64,000 nt of DNA from Bilabrum cf. latius (taxonomy: Eukaryota), in the NCBI GenBank assembly GCA_965178125.1, contig OZ237738.1, positions 930,001-994,000 on the forward strand. The letters run 5' to 3'. Made by a program: the position numbers and the translations under genes. Of the stretch, positions 26,350 through 40,142 are shown in pieces. Under the pieces are notes generated by a model. It did not search any database and was not told the DNA's origin. It worked only from the letters and a program-made list of their open reading frames with translations. Each line of letters opens with the position of its first letter. Position 1 is the stretch's first letter.

Positions 26350-29300
26350 ATGCTTGCTATTGCGCCCCCGTGGACCTTCACGGCTGCTGCCGTTGCAGTG
26401 CTCGGGGTTCATTGGTGTTCGGGCGCAACCGTTGCTAACGGGCCGGGGCCCCTCCCGGTCATCGGGGCAGGCGCTAGCCTGCCAAAGAGGGTTTACGATG
26501 ACGTACATGCACTGTATCGTCTACAGGAGCCGTCCGTAGTGAGGTTCAATGCAAAGATGCGCAGTCATTTGCTGCCGACGGAACCTTCGACCTGAACCTG
26601 CGTGCTGCTGCCGATTAAAGTCCTTGATCCCTTCCATGCAGGCAGTACAGTACGAATCGATCGGATCTAGCTCCGGGATTCGCAGGATCATGGCGAATGC
26701 GGTTGACTTTGCGGGGAGCGACCGGATTATGCAAGACGATGAATACGCAACCGTGACGGATGCACAGCTTGCGCCGGCACTTGCAGCGGCTGTGGTCCCA
26801 GTGTATAACGTAAATCTGAAGCATTCGTCTTCGCTTAATACCTCGTTTGCACCGGGAACGGTACCGAACGTAGCGCCCGGAGTAGACACCGTTGGGAGGG
26901 TCGTCATGACGGGCGAGTTAATCGCCGACGTGTTCGAGGGCCGGCTCGCGACCTGGGACGATCCGAGGATCAGAGCCTTAAACCCGCACATTGCAGAGTT
27001 GCTGCCAAGCACTCGCATCGTGCGGGTGGTGCGGGCCCGCAGCAGCGGCACAACGGAAATCTTCGCGAGCTTTCTGGCGGACGCTTCGAGCTCCTTCCGT
27101 GCGTCTGCTGTCGCCGAGAGCGCCGGTGGGAGGCTGTCGCTGCCGAGCTGGCCGGAAGGAAACGTGTCGTTTAGTGAGCCCGGCGCGGCTCTGGCAAACT
27201 CGAGCGGCGATGAAGCGGCGAGGCATCCGCCCGGCTGGCACCAGACCACGCAGCTGGTCAGGGTTTGGAGCACCACTGGCGAGGCCGACGTGGTGGTATC
27301 TACGCCCGGGGCCATCGGGTACGTGGTGGCAGACGTAGCCGTGGAGCGGGGCATGACCAGCGCGCTGCTGCTGAATCGAGGAGGGCGCGTGGTCGACAGC
27401 ACCGCGGAGGGCGTGACCTTCACGCTCATGGAGCGGGGCGCCCGCTTCGACGAGCGGCTGACGGCCTCTTTGCTGGGAGCCGAGTCTGTGTTTGCGTGGC
27501 CATTGGCAGGGTACACGTACATCGTATGGGCCATGGAGAGGAGCCGCAGCCTGAGGCAGGAGGCCGTGAGGCTGGGGCACGAGGACTCGCTGGCTGGTGA
27601 GCTTGCTTTGTCGAGGGAGCTGCAGGGGCAGGGGAGGGAGGGTGCGGCGCGGCTGCGGGAGCTGTGCAGGCCCAAGCTGGAGGCGGCCAAGTTCTGGCTG
27701 TGGGTGTACGAGTCTCCTGCGGCAGGTCGGGTCATTCGCAGCCGCGGATTCGTCTCGGTCACGCCGTTCGTTAGAGACATCATTGTGGACCGTCTGCGCA
27801 GCGGGCTGGAGTGCGGCGGCGTGCCCATGTTTGGGCCCGTTGGAACCGATGGGATCGTGGGAGGAGGCTCAATGGACATGCTCAAGTACGTCAACAAGCT
27901 TCGGTTCGGGCAGACGGTCGTATCTCCAGACAAGACCCCCATGAGCCTGCTGCTCGAGGTCGGGATTGACAGCAGCAGCCCAACGGAGCTGCCCTCCCAA
28001 CCGACAAACCGGCGCCTCTTTCTAGCGAACCGACCTTGGCCGTCCCCGCCCAGCTCAACATCGCTACCGGGTGACATTGCGTCCGAAAGGCTCGGCCCTC
28101 TGTCTCTTGCAGCGGCCCGGTTATTCCAGTCGGCTGGCAGCGGCCGTGCAAGCTTGAGTCAACTGTCGCGGCCTGCTTCTAATATACAACCTGGATCTCG
28201 ATCGCTGCAGGGAACAGAGTCTAGCGCGGCATTGTCATCGGGCACGGTCGACCCTAGTGCTGCCATGCAGCTCTGGGCAGGGTGCGCCGACATTGCCGCA
28301 TAGATGGTTGTTTCCGGGCTCGAGAGCGGGCTGCTGGACCGGAGCATGGTTGCTGCCTCCCTGAGAATCGCCCCCACTATCGCACTAGCTGATGTACCGA
28401 CGATGGCTTTGATCGGAGTTGATGCTCTGCCTCGTCTTGATGCCAGGTATGGGCTCGTTAGCACCTGCGGCGGGCCCGGCCCCGGTCTGGTGAGGCATGC
28501 AGCCCTCGGCCGGATAGCCCTTGCCAGCTCAGCGCTCAGCGCTGGCCTGAATGACGCCCTGCTGAGGCAGCTCATGGGCCCCTTCGGCACTGAAGAGCTT
28601 TCGAACGCACTTGTGCACGAAGCGCTCGAGAGCTCACAAGACCAGCAGCTAGGGGTCGCAGTGCAGTCCAGCACGTACCTTGATGGAACTGTCGAGCTTC
28701 CCGACATGCCCTGGCACCAGGACCCGGTGTTCTTGCAGCAGGAGCGGTACTTCGAGATGCTTTCTGTCCCCGTTGCGGGAGTGGGGCAAGGGGTCCTGTA
28801 CAAGCTGGACGGACTGGACACCGCCACCGACTGGTCAGTGCTTGGGGCGCCCGGAACGGCGCAGGAGACTGCCCCGCCGCTCGCGTTCAGCTTCCGCACT
28901 CTGGCTGCGATACTCGCCGGCAATGTATCATACTGGGACGACGCGCTCATTCGTCACGATAACCCATGGGCGGTCGCGTACCTGCCGCACACGCCCATGA
29001 AAGTCGTCTTGCCGGAGTTCCCCTCGATCTCGATGCAGGCAGTCGGCGCAAGGGTTCTGCGCGAGGTGCCTGACTTTGCGAGCTGGCTTCAGGCACGAAG
29101 GTAGAACGAGTAGCCGCAGATGGAGACACTAACACTCAGCCAAACATCCGCGCCAGAACGGCTCATGCAGTTCGACGTGTACCCCGGCAGCTTCATGCGC
29201 CCCGGTAGCAACGATTTGGCTCGAAGCGTTGTTTCTGGCGTGGAAGGGGCCTTGCTCATCGATTCTATCGTTCATCCTGTCCCCGCGCGAGTGGGATCCT

Positions 29301-32300
29301 TCTTGCTCCCCATCAATGATACGGAGCTGGCCGGCATGGGTGGCAGCAATGCAACGGCGTCCTCTGACGTCTGCGAAGCCAGCAAACCAAGCGTCAGCGT
29401 ACCGCCCGGCACGGTTCGCACGGTTTGGTGCAGTGCTTCGGTCGAGGCGTGTTTTTCGGCCTCCAATAACACATTCAACGAAAGCAGCCTGCAGCTGAAT
29501 CTTGGAGAGGCCTCTTCGGCACAGTAGCACAAGTACGGTTGCTGGCCAGTGACCGCGTCGTACACTGTTCTGATGCCACGCAGGTACGCAGACCCGTAGC
29601 TAGCAGCCGAAGACCAAGACTACAGAACGTACCCTGCCAGCTACTCTGCCCAATTCGGTCGGAACCCGTGGCTGCCATTGCTTCCCCCTTGCGCGCGGGG
29701 GAAGGAGCTAGGCGATCTTGTGCGGTTTGGCATATCCGAGCAGGCATCGGAGCTAATCGTTCGAAGGCTCGGTCTGGGCGCGCTACCCCCACGATTGCGC
29801 GCTGCAGTGGATCGAGCAGTCAGTCTAGATCTACTTTGTGGTAACAATCCAATATCAAGGCCAGTGGTTGACTGCCTGCCAGGCGAGGAGCGCATCAATC
29901 CGAGCCTGTGCCGCCGCTGCGCCGCCGGTACCTTCATCCTGCCAGGCGACCAGACCTGCTAGGAGTGCCCCGTGGGAGGCGAGTGTTCAGGTGGAGATGT
30001 TGTCGTTGCAAGACCGGGGTACTGGCAGAGCAACGAGGACCCGCTCGACTTGAATTCGTGCCCGCTAGGCGCGTGCTGCATGATGCCTGACGAGGTTGGA
30101 TAGTTCTAGGGGTGCTCGGTGAACAGCACGAACCGATGCGCAGCGGATCGCGATCCAGAATCTGTCCTTTGCGCTCGTTGTCGCACGGGGTTCCAAGCCC
30201 TGGGAGGGAGGTGCTACCCGGAGTGCGGTAGCGACGTGCTGATTCAGCGGCAGTGGGGGGTGGCATGCATGGTAGTATTTCTTTGCATCGCGGCCAATGT
30301 TATGATGATGTATATCGGCCCGGCAGGGCACTCTGGTCTATTCAAGGTGGTGGTTGACCACCTCCAGGTGGCCTTTTTGTTCCTGCAGGGAGTCAGTGCT
30401 TCCATCGCGAGCCTGACTACCGTGCTAGGCCTTTCAGACGATGTTCCAGCTACGCTTCACGCCACTGCATGCCTATTAGGCGACAGAGGCAGCTACTTGG
30501 CCCCTGTGTCACAGGGGCTCGTTGAACTGCTTGCCTTGGGGCTGCTTCCAGTGATGTTTAGCATCGAGGTAGGCTTCCGCAAACTGGTTCGAGTTGGTGT
30601 GCTGTTGTGGTGCCCAACGGCCCGCATGCAGCTGGCCGTGCAAGACCTCCACAAGCATGAGGTATAGCACTAGACTATTTGCTAGAGAGCATTGTGTGGA
30701 ACGGGTAGTTGTTGCCGTCGTAGTTTGCACAGCGATCAAGGCTCCACGGAAGAATCGTCGAATGTGACTCAGTCGGGCAGTGATCAGGTCGGTGTTGCAG
30801 AGATGGAAGCCGCCCCGCGTACGGATGCAGAGGCTGGAACTGCGGCGAAAGCGCCGTTCCAGCCAGAGCTGCAACGCCAGGCGTCAAGACTCCGAGAATC
30901 TGGGGTGCTGGTTATTGCGTCCCCGCGTTTGTCGGCACCAAGCTCCGGGCGAGGAGTGAGGTGGGCATTGCTAGGGACAGACGTAGACATGTCGATACGA
31001 AAAAGATATTTTTGGGCGACGTGGCGCATGCTTCTTGTGGGGTACATGACTGTCATGCTGTCGGGCCTGTCTGTGCTCGACTGCAAAGCCGTTGCTGGCC
31101 AGCGGATTATGCGAAGTGCGCCTGGGATACGTTGCGATACGACCACGCATCGTGCCGTATAGACGGTAGCAGTTGTTCTGGTGGTGATTGTTGGACTACT
31201 ACTCCCAATGGGAATCGTCATTTGGATGTACGAGGAGCTTGGTGGTGAGACAGGCATCGCGGTGGGACGCTTCTAGGGTGCGAGCTTCTGGCTGGCCAGG
31301 ACAATCATGAAGACAAAGGTGGCGCTGTCGCTTCTCCCATGTCTTGGATCGTGCTTGTTCGGTAGCATGGTCAAGACGAGATGGTACCGCAGATACAAAC
31401 ACCGGGGTGGCAGCTATCCAGGCGACAATCTAGTGTTTACGAACGGCGACCCATTCAAGCTGATGGCTTTGCGGGTGAAAGGCAAGATACGAAAGGCCGG
31501 TGCTGAAGACACGAATCATCTTCGAACTAAGAAACGAAGCTCTGTAGCGCCTCTTGACGTAGGCCATGCGCCGACAGTTTGTGATTCAACCCAGGTTCCA
31601 TTACAGGCTGCAGTTGACGGCGGCAGAGGAGTCCAAGTCGCCACCGTGGTGAGACTGTCGTCCGGTAGCGGGTCGCAGCTGTTTCAGAGTCGAGCCATGA
31701 GCGCGTAGCCTTCTGAAATAGGCACACCGCAGTACATTGGTAGGACAGGTACTGGCGGTGCAAGAAACGCGCTTATGGATTCAGCTACTCTGAGTTACCA
31801 ATCAATCCAGAGCGGTTGTCCGGAGCATCAAGCTACGCGACGTCCCACCGGAAATGGGGATCAAAGTCAACAGAGTCTTGAAAACGGTAGTTTCTTGATA
31901 AGTGACACGCCAAGTGTCAGACCAAGCAGCAATGTGGGCCCGGGCTCGGAAACGCAAAGCTCTACGCTTGCACTGCAGCTGCCTACGCCCTAGGCAGCGA
32001 GTCATGGTATGGCGATCCACACGGTGCCGTCCACCAGCAGTACCGGTCATCCTCCGCCGGCTGTCTCGCAAGACTAGTCACGGTCTTCTACTGCCAGCAG
32101 AACAGTTCAAATTGCGGTTGGCACACCATAGTGTGGCCCATCAGCTTCGTCGATGGGCGGCGAAAACGAGATTGGATTGGATAGAGGGACCTCGAGCAGC
32201 AGCGACTCCTCAAAGGTGCTGGCAATTCGAAGCAAGGAAGCGTGTCAAAACGACCCGTCTACTGGCGCACAAACCGCGAGTGCCTCAAGCACTCTGCGTT

Positions 32301-33388
32301 CAACTGCTGGTCAAGGAGGACTGCAGCCCTGCACTTCGATCATGAAATAGCCGCGCCCGCAGCCCACCCGGCCGCGAAATTAGAGGCGCGTAAAGGTGGT
32401 GACCCTGGCAGACATGCAAACTGTTGGTCTGGAGCTTGGAGGCTGGGTCAAGGAGCCCTATCGCCTGTGGTTCGAGGGCCTATACCTCCTGATCAAGGCG
32501 CTCGTTGCTGTGCTCGCGACGGCGCTGCCCTCCAGGATGGCGAGTATCATGGCTGCCGCGCTGCTGCTGCTCTCTTCCAGGCTGATCATTATCATGTGGC
32601 GACCATTCTATTAGCTTCGATCACTCGTAGCGTTTGCTATTAGTTCCATCGGTCTCGTGGCGCTGACCATGGCCATCCTCGGAGTAGAGGCTGTCAAGGA
32701 CGTCCTGCAGCTCGAGGAGCTGGACAGCGGCAGCACGGCAGAGTTTGAGGCGCTGTTGGTGGCCGGCGCCCACAATTTGCGGATTGCAGCGTACGTGTTC
32801 GCTGCCGCGCCGGCACCAGTGCTCTTGTACCTTTCTGTGAAGCAACTCCTTGAGGCTTTCGGGTGCATCGAGGTGGACGAGGAGGCAGAAGCCATGGAAC
32901 GTAGGCAAGACATGGAACTCCAGCGCAAGGCTGAAGAGCTCAGGAGAAGGGCGCAGAGGAAGGTGAGGATGATAAAGGCTGTGAATACATCCACCGCACG
33001 ATCTGATCCGCGTTTTGGGTCGCATGCAGTGTCGGCGGGATGGCAAGGTCACGTGGGTAGCAGCAGCACCAGCAGCTCAAACAGTCCTCCTGCAGGACAA
33101 AGGCGCGGACGATCGTCCACCATAGGAATCGGTCTGCTGATGCCACCCTCAGTCAGCACTCGGTCGCGAAGGGGCAGCGGTGCGTCAACCATGGATGGGT
33201 CGGCGACGTCAGCGACTCAGCAGTTTGATTTTGGGCACGACTAGAGCTATAGTTCCGATTCGCCCTTGCGAAGCAAGACAAAGGAGAGCTCTTGTGACTA
33301 CGGAGGTGATTCATAGGCTGGCACAAACCATCCGCGGCGACACAAGCCGAGTGCAGACTCCCGTCGTATCCGGATGCCACCTGAGTGA
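26350..33388 (+). CDS. Receptor-like membrane protein: signal peptide, PstS-type binding domains, Cys-rich region, multiple TM helices; intron 26539-26641
   Basis: PstS motifs GAGASLP / YESIGSSSG / VDFAGSD / TWDDPRIRALNP / SSGTTEIF, then CxxCP..GxC repeats and hydrophobic helices. Exon 2 is one frame for 6.7 kb with ~22 TAGs (hand count) and no TAA/TGA until 33386. Confidence 0.8.
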
Positions 33389-33588
33389 TCTAGCTGCACC
33401 CGATGGTGTATGGTGGCTGGCAAGAATTAGCAGTCGATTGCAAAATAACGTGGCTCGATACAAACGCACAGCACCGCCCAGATGCTCGGAAACGACCCCT
33501 TTGCGACAGCTTCTGCTCGGTCCACTCGAAAGTTCCCAACCCAACCACGGGAAAGCAACAGCGGCACGACCGTAGTACATCACACGCT

Positions 33589-34974
33589 TCACCTGTACCG
33601 CCCGCCGTCCGTGTCGTCCCACAGGTCGCAGTTCTTGCCGACCTTGGCCTTGAGTCCCTCCGTCGCCTCCGTGAGGGCCTTCATCGTGTCCTCGTCCAGC
33701 GGCGTCAGCGCGGCCTTCACGTTGCTGCCAACGTGGGAGGCCTTGGAGGCCCCGAAGAGCACGCTCACCACGCCGGGCCTCTGCAGCGCCCATGCAAGAG
33801 CCACCTCCGGCATGGGCCTGCCTGCCTTCTCACAGATCGCCCTGATGTCCGCGACGGCCTTCCAGAGCTCCTCCTCGCAGCCGGGCTCAGAGTGCCTGCA
33901 CTTGGGGCTCACGTCCTTCCCGAACAGCCGGGAGCGGCTGAGGCCCGGGTTGCACTCGGAGGTCTTCGTGTACTTGCCGCTGAGGAGGCCCTGCTGCAAG
34001 GGAGAGTAGGCCATGATGCCCACTGCTCCGCCCTCTGCCTTATCGCAGGCAGGCTTCACCTCATGCTCGATGGCCCTCCACAGCAGGGAGTAGGGCAGCT
34101 GGTTGGTCACGATGGGCACCCCGCTCTTGACGGCCGCCTCCAGGTCCTTGGGACCGTAGTTGGACACGCCCACCGCCTTGATCTTGCCCTCGTCCTTGAG
34201 CTCCTTGAGGGCGCGGAAGGTCTCCTCGGCGGGCACGTCGTGGTTGGGCCAGTGCACCTGGTACAGGTCGATGCAGCCCTCGGCAAAGTCGCCCAGGTTC
34301 TTCAGCGACCCCTCGCAGGCGGCCTTGACCTCGTCGTACTTGAGGTGGTTGTTGAGCACCTTGGATGCGATCACGACGTCCGATCGCTTCACACCAGACG
34401 CCTTCAGGGCAGCGCCCAGCACCCGCTCGGACTCGCCGCCGCCGTACGCCTCGGCCGTGTCAAAAAAGCTGCAGCAAGGGTCCGAAAACATCAACGAAAC
34501 GTTCCAACATACTACCCGGAAAGCTATGAACGAGCACCATAGTGTGTTACGATCTCTCGAGAGATTGCGAAGATGGCTGGCAACGAGGGGTTTGGCGCGT
34601 CACAATCAAGATCGGACGAATACTGGGTGACCTTTGACGAGCAAGCGGATGAACTGGGCACCAACCCTCATAATACGATCCACACATATATTTCTATTAC
34701 ATGCGTAGCCCAGACTAGCATAGAATCAGCGCAAGGGCTAGCTAAACACGGCAAACGTACCTCAACTCTCTGTGCCTCACTTGATACCGGCATCGAGAAC
34801 CGCCTATACAATCTCGTTGTACGCTTCTTGGCTTTGCTTTGCGTACGTTTCTGTGGGATCCGCCAGCTGCCAGCTTCCGAAGCCCAACACAGTGATCTCC
34901 TTGTCGATACCGGCCAACTTGATCTTGGGAATCGTGGGCTTGCTTTCGCCTGAACCTCCTGCTGCTGCTGCCAT
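33589..34974 (-). CDS. Aldo/keto reductase; intron 34469-34780
   Basis: GT-AG splicing rebuilds AGINFFDTAEAYG. Other motifs: LGFGSWQL, IDLYQVHWP, AYSPLQQGLL. In-frame TAG at 34804-34806 in exon 1; ends in TGA. Confidence 0.9.
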
Positions 34975-36199
34975 GATACTCCTAAACGGTAGTGTTGATG
35001 CAACACGAGAGGAAACAAAGGCGGCGCGACGGTGCACGACTGCTGTAGTGGGCTAGGCTCTGGGAGGCGAGATGTCAACTTCCGGGGTTCCGGTTCACCC
35101 CATTCGCGGCGAACGCATCAGAACCATCCGTCACCAGGTGGGCACCCGTCCCGGATGGTAGTTGCCTACTAGCAGACATGATCCGCCCCGGATCCTCGTC
35201 CGCTCCCATCCGCGGCGGATGATCTCGGCGGGGACGATCTCGGCGCTGTCCGCCGCGGTTGGGAGCGGACCGCTGGTCACCGGTCCGCTGGTCACCGGTC
35301 CGCTGGGGATGGCAGCGGACGACGATCTGACAGCGGATGGTTATAGAGGCTACCATGCTCAAGTCCAGCCAGAAGGCGATCGATGGGACTCGACAGAATC
35401 ATACACTCCGAACGATCGTGTTTTCAAAACAGGCAGAACACTTGATCCAATGGTTCTAGAGTTGCTCGGCGGTGTGCGCGCACGATCCAGCATGTGCGTG
35501 TCCGTAGCATCCATCCTGGTACAAGGCCCACGATGCCCCGCACTGGGGACACAAGACATGACACGCCCTAACGGCACAAAAAATGAGTGTGAGTGGCGGA
35601 AGCTCAGATACGGCAGCACGTCTCGTGTGCTGTGGTGTAGCCTGCCTTTGCAGAACGCAAGCAGTTCTGTCGACTCTTCCTCTACTTCTGGTCCCTAACG
35701 TCACCACCTATCCAGCAGCAACGGTAGACCCATGACACTGCGCATCAAAAAAGCTCAGGGTGAAATCCAGTCTCTCACCAATCAGGACGATAGAGCAGAA
35801 CTTGTTCGATGGCGCGGTCGCGGTTCCGCAGTATCCGATCGGATTCCGGCGCCGCGACGAGCACTTGCTTTTCGCATTGCGCCACTCCAGAGCTCGCCCC
35901 AAGCTATATTTGAACTATCTCTAGCATTCATCTGTGGAATATAGGCCCATTAAAGCCAGTGAAGTCTCGAGAGGCATACTTTATCGAGACTATGGACAGT
36001 ACTAGGACGCAAGAGAGGAGTGAGCAGAACGAGCGAGCGTAGGGCTCTGTAGATCCAATGCACAGCAATGTTTCGTTCGTTCGAGTCTTGTACCGCACAT
36101 AGTATACCACACAAGATTGATGCATATCCTTCTGCGGGTCAAAACGCACCTAATCTTGCAGTTTGGGCGGCCGTAGGGTTTTAGGGGCTGATTGAAGCA

Positions 36200-36748
36200 T
36201 TGAAGAGCATCCGTGAGGACGACAAAAAACTGTTTGAAGGGGCCATGCACAAAGCAAAGCTGGGTTTAAAGGCAATGAAAGAGAATCTAGCGTCGAGCAT
36301 GACAGCAAGCGGTGACTTCGCGCAACTTGAAGTCAAGTCTCTCTTCGCAAATAAGGAGGCCGAGAATGCCTTCTTTGAGGATATAAGGCAAGTATCTGCG
36401 GGTCCAGATGCGGCTGGAACATCTGAACAGCTGCAAAATCCGGTGTGCAAAGGCGCCGAAGACGCTCCGCTCGCCCAGAGTGCGGTAGGGTCGCGAGCCA
36501 TGCTGATCGACGCTACCATGAAGGACTCTGTCACAACGGTTGAGTCCCAGGCGAGAGGCGGGGGCGCGGCGTTGGGCCAGGCGTTGGGCCAGGCACCCAG
36601 GCGGGCAGGTGCGGCGCAGCGTGCCATGGATGACGGGGGCGAGGACGACGATGGGGATGAAGACGACGATGCGCAGGAGGAGGGGGAGGAGGAGGAGGAG
36701 GAGGAGAGGGAGGGGGAGGAGGAGGCCCGCGGGAAAATGCCGCTCTGA
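36200..36748 (+). other. Acidic-tailed ORF remnant inside a hairpin-flanked intergenic island
   Basis: Coding-like composition and a TGA end, but upstream frames are broken by TGA/TAA. No recognisable domain. Confidence 0.3.
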
Positions 36749-37400
36749 GGCCATCGGTGGAACCCACTGGAGGTGATAGGATGACGCAGTGGCGCGAGAA
36801 GGATGGCAGGCAGGTGCTCGGACGTCGCGGAGGAGGCAGCCGCAGCAGGCTTGCAAGGATTGCAATGACTGAATTGTCTCAAGGTTGGATTTAACTTATG
36901 CCCCCCTGCGCCGTACGGCGTCCCTGGTGACCTGGAGCAACGCAGCTGTCGACCTCAGGCCCTCGGGCTAGGGGGCCACCCGTTCGAGTCATTCGTGCCT
37001 GACCCGCCCCCAGATAGATCTATACACATCAGCCTCATAACGGCGGACATTCTCGAGAAAGCGATCAGAAAAGCAAAACAGTGGGGCTCCGTCTCGGGCG
37101 AACGGACGGCCTCGGGGCGGGTCCGCCGCCGTCCGCCGCAGACGGAGTCCCGAGCCGTCCGCCGTGAATGGGCGCCACGGCGGACGGCTCGGGGCTCCAT
37201 CTGCGGCGTACGATGGCGGACGCCCGTTCCGGCGGATGGCGTCTGATGGGTCCGCCGTGGACGGGAGCCGACAGCGGCCCTCATCGGTCCGCCGTAACCG
37301 GGACTCGCCAGTGGTTGCCAGTGGCGCACCGCGCCACAGTGGCATGCACCGGAACGTGCCCAAAAAGCGTACTGATTTCAAGCCAAACAAAGGGTTTCCA

Positions 37401-38190
37401 ATGGCAGAGACCATAGGAGAGAACTTCAATAAAGATCTGACGTACGAGGATGTTCGAGCTCGTATGGAAGAGTTCGTAAAAGGTGGGGTAATCAGTCTGT
37501 TGCAGTTGACGTGTTCAAATTCACCATCGCTATTGTTGTTAACATCTCAAGAGCGCGATTATTGCTATCACAGAACGGGATTGGGAGCAGTTTCATACCC
37601 CGCGCAATTTGCTTTTGGCTTTTCTCGGTGAAGCTGGCGAGCTTGCTGAAATCTTCCAGTGGGCAGGCGAAGTCGCGCCTGGTTTGCCAGCATTCGACGA
37701 GTCCAAGAAAGTCCACGTGGGAGAAGAGTTGGCTGATTGTAGCATTTATCTGGTGCGGATCGCTCAGCAGTGCCAGATCAACTTGCCGGCGGCAATTTTG
37801 CGAAAGATGGAGAGGAACGCAATGAAGTATCCCGCAGACAAAGTGCGAGGTTCTTCCCAAAAGTACACGGCTTACAAGACAGCAGCAGCCGCAGCTGACG
37901 CCGAAAAGGCTGCAGCGAGGGCAGCATCTAACCTGTCGCCGAGGAAGTCTGCCGCACCAGCCGAGAGCGAGGCGAGTAGCACCCCTCGGCGCCTCGACTT
38001 CGGCAGTCGCAGCTCTAGCGGCGTTGCAACGTCCCAGACAGCAGCACCACCCTCTCTGCAACCAGCAAGCTAGTTGCACTGGCCATCTGTCGCGTTAGGT
38101 TTCGGCGCTGCGCTGCTGAGTGTTGGACTGGGAGTGCTTGCGACCAAGGCCTTGAGCGGCCGTTCGGGCAGCGTCGCGACAAGATCCTGA
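37401..38190 (+). CDS. DCTPP1: dCTP pyrophosphatase (MazG-like, DCTPP1 family); intron 37483-37573
   Basis: Splicing gives FVKERDWEQFHTPRNLLLAFLGEAGELAEIFQW...EELADC...KMERNAMKYP. TAG at 38071 is followed by a hydrophobic tail and TGA at 38188. Confidence 0.85.
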
Positions 38191-38276
38191 TTCTAGAGAC
38201 AAACATCACCACGTTTTATCATGCACACCACTCGAGTATCCACAACCTTTCTCACGGCCTAACCATTACCAATCGA

Positions 38277-39962
38277 TCACGCGCTACCGTCCATGAGGAT
38301 CTGCGCCACCTTGGCCCTCGTCTCCATCACTGCCATGGGGTCCTTCTCGAAGTTCGTCGGGCCCTTCACCACCTCCTGTGCCAGCTGCGCCACCATGACA
38401 GGGTTCTTCTTGGCAGCCAGCTTCAGCAGCTCCACGTCCTCAAGCCCGTCCCTAATGGTCTCGTACCGGATGGAAGAGATCGGGCCGTCCACACCGGGCA
38501 TGATGAACGATCCGTCGCCGTTCGCGAATACGTCCTGCCTGGGGTACACGATAAAATTGGCGGGATCCCACTGCAGCAGCCTGGGGTCGTTCTTGACGTT
38601 GCCGTCGGCCGGTGTGAGCGGGCGGGCGAACCCGTGTGGCAGCGGGTACGTCACGCCTACATCGTTCACGTAGCCGCTTACGAAAGACGGATATGGGCCC
38701 CAGTTGTGCCACAAATCCACGGCATAGTACAGCATGCCAGTAGCATGATTCTGCCACGACAGCCAGAAGAGCTGCCTGGCCTGCGCCAGCGGTCGCTCAA
38801 TGAACGTGTTCAGGTACCCCTCCTGATGCGGCTCGATGCACCAGTAGTTCCAGTACTCGTGGCCTGCATCCACCCACTCCTGCCGGAGCGTCTCGTTATG
38901 GAACTGATAGGAAATGACCCAGATGTCCACCGGGAGGTCAAGAGGGATGCGGGGCCAGTTGAGCACGGCCATCGTGCGCACCTCCGGATAGGCCTTCTTC
39001 ATCGCTCCGAACAGCTGCCTAATTTGCGGGATGCACGAGATCGGATTCTCGTCGAAGCCGTACGCGATCAGCTTGTCCGACAGCCCCTTCGCCCGCATCG
39101 CCTCCACAGTGGGCTTCACCAGGGCCAGCATCGCGTCCACGTACGCCTGCGAGTAGTTCGCGCACGACCCCTGCACACCGCCCGTGTGCACGCGGCGAGG
39201 GGCCGGCTCTCCAGTGAGGGCCTGGGGCACGCTCTGCACGTCGATGAGGTTGAGGTGCCGGGCGCCAAGGGAAGCAAGCAGCTCTAGCGTGTTTGCATGT
39301 CTAGGATGGGCCCGATAAATCATATCTCCCGGCATGCGATGGTCCTGTGTGAAGCGAGCCCACTGCTCCTGGACCGGCATGGGGGTTACGCTGGAGCCGT
39401 TGCCGTACAGCTTGTTGATATCGCCGCCCTCCAAAGCAAGTTCAAACGAGTTGCCGTATGCAGCAGGGTCCGAAGTTCGGGGGAGGAGAGCCGACAATAC
39501 ATGAACTTCGATCGAGATCGGTGAAACTCCAGCAGCTGTCACGTTCAACCGGTACGACCCTGGCTTTGTCGAGGGCTTGACATAAAAAGAAAGCCACAGA
39601 GCCTACGCAGCATTCTCCATTGCGGTATACTCATAGCTTCCATGGGATTCAGCTATCACCGCAGGATCCAACAAGGGCTCTGCATGCCACCCCGAGTTGC
39701 TGCCACTGTACCTGGTAGAGTACTACGTATAGACAAATCCAACCCTTGACACTGTGATCTCTAGCGGATCCAACTACCACGCAAAGTCTACAGTGGTCGG
39801 CCCCGACGTCTGCGCGTCAAGCATTATCTGCAAGGGCTCGGTTTCATTTAGCAGAACAAACGTTGTGATCGTTGACCCGATACCAATGTCAGCGCATGTT
39901 GAGTTCAGATTATACTTCAGCAAAGTAGGAATGACACAAGCCGCTAGGACTGTAGATGCCAT
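38277..39962 (-). CDS. Secreted DUF4091/GH123-like glycoside hydrolase, paralog 1
   Basis: Signal-like MASTVLAACVIP; motifs YGFDE, YWNYWC, GMLYY, NGDG and SSIRYETIRDGLEDVELL. One frame through TAGs at 39774, 39723 and 39603; ends in TGA. Confidence 0.75.
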
Positions 39963-40142
39963 TGTTGAAGGCTAAGTGTGAGGGAATGTAGTGTACCGGT
40001 AGCCGCAGATCGCCGGCGCCCCCGGGGCCCCGCCGCGACACTTTGCACAAGCAGAAAAAGCAAATATCATTTTCAACTGCACCGCCAGGACAAGCACGAT
40101 CACATCAGTGGCAGATGGTCTAACCAGAGACAGAGCTAGACC

